Positions 58,460 through 64,000 of a DNA stretch of 64,000 bases are shown piece after piece. Position 1 is the first letter of the stretch, and each line of letters opens with the position of its first letter. Source of the DNA: Bdellovibrionota bacterium (GTDB lineage Bacteria; Bdellovibrionota_C; UBA2361; OMII01). The position numbers and the translations under genes were made by a program. The DNA lies in assembly GCA_044345405.1 (NCBI GenBank), contig JBIJBE010000012.1:1-64000 (forward strand), read 5' to 3'. The notes below the pieces were generated by a model. It was not told where the DNA came from. It saw only the letters and a program-made list of their open reading frames with translations, and made no database searches.

Positions 58460-58900
58460 TCACATCGAGGGGCCAACCCCGAGCCGATGGGTGAAAACGA
58501 GTCCACCACCAAGATAACCAACGAAGAGCGTCAACCCGAGCTGCACGATGAGGGTGACGCTGTAAAGGAGCGAAAGAACCCTCTTTCCATGGGTCGCTCG
58601 CGCCTCCAGCCATGCGAACGTCCCGAGAAGGAGCGCGTTCACGAGCAAGAGACGTCCGTAGGCATGATGAGTACCGAGCGCGGCTTGAACATGCGTGGGA
58701 AGATCCCCCAAGGGACTACTCGCTTGATACCCCGAAAAGAAGGCGAAGCTGGAAGAGAGAACGACTGCGAGGATCGCCACACTTCGAGTAGCTCCCAGAT
58801 AGTGACGCCATCTCGTTCCCGTTCTCGCGAGCTCAACACAGCAGAGCATCACGATAAACGCGAGAGGCATACCACTCAGGGGAGGGTGAAGAGCTACCAT
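58460..58900 (-). CDS. DUF2231-like membrane protein
   Basis: LHPP N-terminus, four TM helices, GYLGGGLVF. Confidence 0.65.
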   Translation of the reverse strand: MVALHPPLSGMPLAFIVMLCCVELARTGTRWRHYLGATRSVAILAVVLSSSFAFFSGYQASSPLGDLPTHVQAALGTHHAYGRLLLVNALLLGTFAWLEARATHGKRVLSLLYSVTLIVQLGLTLFVGYLGGGLVFTHRLGVGPSM

Positions 58901-58960
58901 GCAGAGCAAACTTTGTGATACGAGCGCGCCACGATGTCACGCTTCGCAAGCATCGTAGCC

Positions 58961-60112
58961 TTACGCCGAGCGTTTGAGAAGGACCACCGTAACGTCATCG
59001 CGAATAAGCCGTTCACCCCGGAAGGTATCAAAGGCGTCGAGAACGGTGCGCAACATATCAGCGCTCGACTGCTCCGCGGAGGTACCGCGCAACGCCGTGG
59101 CCAGTCTATCGATTCCAAACGCCTCTCCTGAGAGGTCCTGCGCCTCGGTAATTCCGTCAGTAAACATGATGAGGGTATCTCCGACCTCAAGTCGATCCTC
59201 ACAGAGTGAGTAGGTTGAATCCTCGAAGAATCCGACAGCGAAACCCTCTCCTAGCAAACGCGCCACCTCGTTGGTGGCCCGTCGCAGCCGCAGCGCGGGC
59301 GGGTGTCCCGCGCGAGACCATACAAGCTGTCCCGTCGCAGGGTCGTACAACAAGCTTCCCATCGTTACAAATCGACCTTGCGGTATCTGAGGCGCGAGCA
59401 AACGATTCATCCCTTCAAGCAGCTCATCTGGCCGCTCCTTGGCGGCCGCTGTCATAGCGAGTTTCGCCATACTTCCAATGAAAGCGGCGGAGAGCCCGTG
59501 TCCAGACACATCCGCGATCTGAAGAGAGATCCGCCCTGAGCTGCTCGTGTTGGCGAAGTACCAGTCCCCTCCCACCTCATCGAGAGGCTGATACGAGACG
59601 GCAAGCTCCATGCGCGGGTCACGCGGAAGGACACGAGGCAACAAACTTTCTTGAATAGCGCGCGCTTCGTCGAGCTCCTTTTTAAAGCGGGAGTTATGGT
59701 CACGGAGATTAGCGTTAATCTCAGCGAGGCTACTCTTCTTCTCGTCGGTACCGGCGATCTTCCTTAGGCGCAAGGTGAGCGCGATTCGACTTGCCAGCGC
59801 GCCTACCGAAAAGGGTGGATGTACAACCTCAACCGCGCGAGCGAGGTCTTCACTCTGCTCCGCGTCCAAAACATCATCAGAGATACACACGATAGGAACG
59901 GAACGAGTATTCTGTTGCGCTCGAAAGAACGCGCATATGCCGTTCGGGTCATCGATCGCTCGACAGTCGATAAGAATGAGATCCATTGAGCTCTTAGAAA
60001 CAGCTTCCGAAAGCGACACGCCCTGATGTGGCTGGGTGATTGAGTAGCCCAACCTATTGAGAAATGTGGGAAGGGTGTCGTTGTCCCCTCCAAGAAAGAA
60101 TATCGAGTCCAT
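58961..60112 (-). CDS. Receiver-like domain plus SpoIIE/RsbU-type PP2C phosphatase
   Basis: DLILID, ARAIQESLLP, VGGDWY, ADVSGHG, AGHPP, FTDGITE, DDVT. Confidence 0.9.
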   Translation of the reverse strand: MDSIFFLGGDNDTLPTFLNRLGYSITQPHQGVSLSEAVSKSSMDLILIDCRAIDDPNGICAFFRAQQNTRSVPIVCISDDVLDAEQSEDLARAVEVVHPPFSVGALASRIALTLRLRKIAGTDEKKSSLAEINANLRDHNSRFKKELDEARAIQESLLPRVLPRDPRMELAVSYQPLDEVGGDWYFANTSSSGRISLQIADVSGHGLSAAFIGSMAKLAMTAAAKERPDELLEGMNRLLAPQIPQGRFVTMGSLLYDPATGQLVWSRAGHPPALRLRRATNEVARLLGEGFAVGFFEDSTYSLCEDRLEVGDTLIMFTDGITEAQDLSGEAFGIDRLATALRGTSAEQSSADMLRTVLDAFDTFRGERLIRDDVTVVLLKRSA

Positions 60113-60257
60113 GCGCCGTTCCCTATCCCTCTGGAAAGCCCCAGGCCTCTGAGGTGTCGGCGTTTTTCCTACCAACCTCGAGATTTGCGGTCGCTATTAC
60201 CCTCTTTTTCAGACTGGACGGGAGATAGTCGTTGTAACTACCTGAATAATCGGCCGG

Positions 60258-61526
60258 CTAGCGCGCACCTTCACCCCTCGGGGCGACGGACGGCGCTGCC
60301 TCACCTCCGCGAAGCGGGACGACCGGTTTGAGGTTGTACCAAAGATAGAGATTATCCATTCCTCGCAGCGCTTCGTCGGTCTTGTGTGATTTGAAGGCAA
60401 GGTACAATTTCACCGGCCCGGCCTGCGACGGAAAAGTCCCTCGCAAGAAATCGCCATCGGGCGCGAGCGAAACCTTTTCGATTCGGGCGCTCACAACCTC
60501 CATGCCGGTCTGCGTGGCCAGTGAGAACGCATAGGGGTTGAATCCTCGAAATTTATAAACGGGATCGGAGAGATCTAGGACGACCGATATCCCTCGGTCT
60601 CGCACCTGGTAGCTCTCAACTTTGATGCTCGCGGCCGGCTCCACACTAAAACCTTGAACGAGAGCGCCGATGATAACGCAGAGCGCGACCACAAATATCC
60701 TTACGCCACTTCGCGGGGAGAGCCAATTGAACCGACTCGCTCGGCCTTGCGCCTCCAGCGTTCTCAATCGTTGGTGACGATACGGATCAAGACCCGCCGC
60801 ACGCCACACCGACTCATCGATACATACGAGCGCCAAGGCGAGGCCGGTGTATGTTGAGAGGACCCAGAAGAGCCCTTCGGCCGCCGACGCCGCGGTCGCC
60901 CAGAACAACGAACGGCCATCAGGCGCGGGATACCAGAGCAGTCCTACCACCAGTGCTGTGACCGCCACCGGCGCGATAAGCGAACGGACAGCGGCCAATG
61001 GCTCCCGGCGTCCGAGATCGATGGCGGCGCCGCACGAGTCTCGCAACGTTCCACCAAGAAGTCCAAAGGTGGCGAAGTAGAAGTAGAAACGAAAACTCCA
61101 AAATACGGCGCAAAAAAAGAGGAAGATAAAAAACGGCGAGGCCCAACTCAGGCTCGCAAAGGAGGCCCCGACCATCGGAAGTGTGAGAGCTCCCCACACG
61201 ACCAACCCCGCCGCTATGATCCGCAGAGCGGCGAGGAAGGGATTCACCAAGCTTCCCTTGACGTGTTCAAGCTTCCTACGCCACCGCAGGACGACAGCGC
61301 TGATGACCACGAGTTGGATAACGCGATCGAGGAGCACCACTCCACCGATCTCGATGAAGCTGGATGGAGAGCTGAGGCTTTGCGCGATAGAGGCAAGGGC
61401 GAGCACGCCCAGGATCGGGAGAAGAAGGGGGATATCGTTCCGAAGCATCCCGGCGGCGATAGCGAACGGATCGAGATCGGCGGAAACGCCACGAGAAGGC
61501 TCTCTCTGTTGTTGCTCGTTGGACAT
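60258..61526 (-). CDS. Hypothetical polytopic membrane protein with C-terminal soluble domain
   Basis: About seven hydrophobic helices in a 422-aa ORF. Confidence 0.7.
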   Translation of the reverse strand: MSNEQQQREPSRGVSADLDPFAIAAGMLRNDIPLLLPILGVLALASIAQSLSSPSSFIEIGGVVLLDRVIQLVVISAVVLRWRRKLEHVKGSLVNPFLAALRIIAAGLVVWGALTLPMVGASFASLSWASPFFIFLFFCAVFWSFRFYFYFATFGLLGGTLRDSCGAAIDLGRREPLAAVRSLIAPVAVTALVVGLLWYPAPDGRSLFWATAASAAEGLFWVLSTYTGLALALVCIDESVWRAAGLDPYRHQRLRTLEAQGRASRFNWLSPRSGVRIFVVALCVIIGALVQGFSVEPAASIKVESYQVRDRGISVVLDLSDPVYKFRGFNPYAFSLATQTGMEVVSARIEKVSLAPDGDFLRGTFPSQAGPVKLYLAFKSHKTDEALRGMDNLYLWYNLKPVVPLRGGEAAPSVAPRGEGAR

Positions 61527-61742
61527 GAACACTACCGGAAGCGCTCGGGTTTGAGCGCTTTGTAACGATGGTCATCCTAGACCAAGGCTGAGTTAGGCTC
61601 AATCGAGCAAAAATAACAATGAAACAGGGGATAACGTGAAGAATTTCCCCGACTCCCCCTCTCATCGAGCTCTTTGTAGAAAAAATCCAAATTTTGAATT
61701 CCGCGCAAAGAGAGCAACAAGAAGGGAAAACGGTGAGCTCCC

Positions 61743-62033
61743 TTATTGGAACCAGGGAAGCTCGGTTTCAAGATTCTTGAGAACGTCTCGCAATCCGATA
61801 CCCGATGGAGCGATCACAACACCACCGTCGACTTGTCGCGCTATCTTACCGAGCATCTGCTCCTGCTCGGACTCAGATCCCGCAACCTTCACCTTCTTGA
61901 CTCGATCTGCTCCCAAAAGTTCAAGGTCCTCTTCGAGAATGTCCTTCTCCTCCGCCAAGATGACGAGGCGATGGCCATTGATATTGACCAGAGCTGGCTT
62001 TTTACCTGTGTAGGGAACGAAGAAATTATTCAT
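61743..62033 (-). CDS. Small hypothetical protein
   Basis: MNNFFVPYTGKKPA.. with GAGG RBS. Confidence 0.65.
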   Translation of the reverse strand: MNNFFVPYTGKKPALVNINGHRLVILAEEKDILEEDLELLGADRVKKVKVAGSESEQEQMLGKIARQVDGGVVIAPSGIGLRDVLKNLETELPWFQ

Positions 62034-62091
62034 ACGTACCTCAAGGTTAATCACGCGAGTCCCACATTTCAACTCCGAACCCGCTATGTTT

Positions 62092-63036
62092 CTACGACAT
62101 TTTCTTCCCAGAGAGCCTCCATGCTTTGTAGACGCCGCTGGACAAAGAAGCTCCAACGATTGACTCCGCTAACTCAGCGGCATGACACAACTTCTCAAGA
62201 TCGAGCCCGGTGGCGACACCAAGCGCATGACAGAGATACACAACATCCTCCGTCGCCACATTTCCAGACGCGCCCGGTGTGAAGGGGCATCCACCGAGCC
62301 CTCCTATCGAGGTCTCAAATATCGACACACCCTCACATAGTCCAGCGTACACATTCGTCACGCCAAGTCCCCAGGTGTTGTGCAGGTGCAACGAGATCGG
62401 AATACCCAACGGCCGCAACAGCTGGATACACGCTCGAACCGAGTTGGGGTGCGCGACTCCTACCGTATCCGCGAGACATATCTCTAAGAGAGCTTCTCCC
62501 CTCGTGGCGAGCGCGTCACGGTATCGTTCAACGAGCCTCAACACCGCGTCCGGCTTTACCGCCCCCTCGAATCCACACCCGAACGCCGTCGAGACCATTA
62601 AACCGTGAACCCGTTTTCCTGATCTATGAAACTCGTCACACCACATCGGGACCGAGGCGAGCGCATCATCGATCGTCGTGTTGTTGTTGGAGCGCAGGAA
62701 ACTCTCGCTTGGCGAGGAATAGAGCCATCCCTTGTTTCGCAGCGCGCCACTCGCCTCGGCTCGCTGAAACCCCTTAATGTTGAGATATAACGCGGAGAAC
62801 GAGGTCCGGGAATCACGTGGGAGTGCCGCTACAAGATTCTCTGCGTCAGCCATTGAGGGCACACGATCGGGACGCACAAAGGCGGTCACTTCTATCTCAG
62901 AGAGACCTGCTTCAACCAGCGCGTGAATGAGCTTGAGTTTTTGCTCGGTCTCAAAGAAACGGGGAAGGATTTGAAAGCCCTCGCGAGGACCTACTTCTCG
63001 GATAAGAACAGATGACGGAAAAGCTTGAGCTATCAT
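62092..63036 (-). CDS. Hydroxymethylglutaryl-CoA lyase
   Basis: EVGPREGFQ, LADTVG, HLHNTWG, GGLGGCPFTPGASGNVATED. Confidence 0.93.
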   Translation of the reverse strand: MIAQAFPSSVLIREVGPREGFQILPRFFETEQKLKLIHALVEAGLSEIEVTAFVRPDRVPSMADAENLVAALPRDSRTSFSALYLNIKGFQRAEASGALRNKGWLYSSPSESFLRSNNNTTIDDALASVPMWCDEFHRSGKRVHGLMVSTAFGCGFEGAVKPDAVLRLVERYRDALATRGEALLEICLADTVGVAHPNSVRACIQLLRPLGIPISLHLHNTWGLGVTNVYAGLCEGVSIFETSIGGLGGCPFTPGASGNVATEDVVYLCHALGVATGLDLEKLCHAAELAESIVGASLSSGVYKAWRLSGKKMS

Positions 63037-63130
63037 CTACGATGTTTAGCGATCGCGTCACGCGTCGGCGCGACTACGTGAGATCACCACCTACGTTGAG
63101 TGTACCTCACACGCGGTCAGGCTTCATAGG

Positions 63131-64000
63131 TTAATTCATACCGGATACGGAAAATTCCTGTCGCTCCAGTCGAGCCGCCATGAGCCACACGATGCCAGCG
63201 AGGATCATCCCAAGTGTCGTCAGTTGCAATCCGAGCGCAAGAGCTCGCGCCTCTGGCATTCCCATCGTGCCAATAAGAAGATCCGCGACCTGACCGATCA
63301 GAACCGGAGCGAGCGCCGCGCCGAAAAGTTGAATGGCGAAGATAGTGATGCCCTGGGTGAACGCCTCAAGACCGTTCGGCGCGCGGGCGACGAGTACCGA
63401 GTTGAGCGGCGCGGTTCCCGCGAAGATCGTAATCTGCGCGACGAAGCACAACACAAAGAACATATAGGAAGAGGTAGAGAGAAACGCGATGGAGAGGAAG
63501 GGAACGCCAATCAAGGTCGAGATCGCGACAAAGAGAAGGAGTCCTCGCACCTGCATCGCCGAACCCTTCACGAGACGGGAGGCGAGTTGTCCACCCCCCA
63601 ACGCGCCCACAAATCCGGTCACCGCGAGGTTATACCCGAACGACTTCGCGGCATCCTCCGGCATGAGACCAAGACTCGCCACATGTCGGACCACGAACAT
63701 CGCGACCCCATTTAACGCGAATGTTTGAAGGATATAGCCAAGGATAGAGAGACGGAGAACTCTTGCCGCGCAGATCGCCTTAATCCCCTTCATGAAAGAG
63801 GGTCTCGGCTCCTGCAGAGCGCGAGCTCGATCCTCCTTGGCGACGAGCAGGAACCCAAGCGGCAGAAGCAATCCTGGGATAGTGGCGAGGAGGAACACCT
63901 GTCGCCATCCCCACGTAGCGGCGAGCTGACCACCAGCGATATATCCGAGCGCTGAGCCAACGGGTATCGCCACATAAAAAATTGAGAGCGCTGAATTCAA
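63131..64000 (-). CDS. MFS transporter (Spinster-like), 5' end outside the window
   Basis: IFYVAIPVGSALGY..GWRQVF; multiple TM helices. Confidence 0.85.
   Translation of the reverse strand: MNSALSIFYVAIPVGSALGYIAGGQLAATWGWRQVFLLATIPGLLLPLGFLLVAKEDRARALQEPRPSFMKGIKAICAARVLRLSILGYILQTFALNGVAMFVVRHVASLGLMPEDAAKSFGYNLAVTGFVGALGGGQLASRLVKGSAMQVRGLLLFVAISTLIGVPFLSIAFLSTSSYMFFVLCFVAQITIFAGTAPLNSVLVARAPNGLEAFTQGITIFAIQLFGAALAPVLIGQVADLLIGTMGMPEARALALGLQLTTLGMILAGIVWLMAARLERQEFSVSGMN

Overview
A 64 kb bacterial chromosome window. Gene content suggests a delta-proteobacterial/Bdellovibrionota-like lineage (inference only). Housekeeping genes include lspA, plsY, rpe, tig-clpP-clpX-lon, a second clpX, tRNA-Val(TAC), tRNA-Leu(TAG), pduO, HMG-CoA lyase and an MFS transporter. 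The most notable locus is a ~15 kb minus-strand cluster (41.7-57.1 kb): PP2C phosphatase, FHA protein, Ser/Thr kinase, CpaE/TadZ, Flp pilin, CpaB, CpaF, TadB, TadC, an SctV-type T3SS export gate, a membrane pseudokinase and a CxxS thioredoxin. It is a Tad pilus locus with an injectisome-type export gate placed directly behind tadC and a phospho-signalling module in front, with no secretin or other T3SS genes in the window. An accessory block (18.7-33.9 kb) next to the tRNA-Val 3' end encodes giant Thr/Pro mucin-like and Cys-rich surface proteins, an FGE-sulfatase/LamG fusion, a ~365-nt structured non-coding element, a RAYT-like HUH transposase with repeat arrays and an orphan Xre/MbcA/ParS-type antitoxin. 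Also present: a stand-alone motAB pair, a half DEAD-box protein, a tandem deaminase, an orphan Dam-type methylase and several REP-like repeat families, including tiny hairpins inserted inside REP loops. All product calls come from motif reading by eye; no database searches were run.
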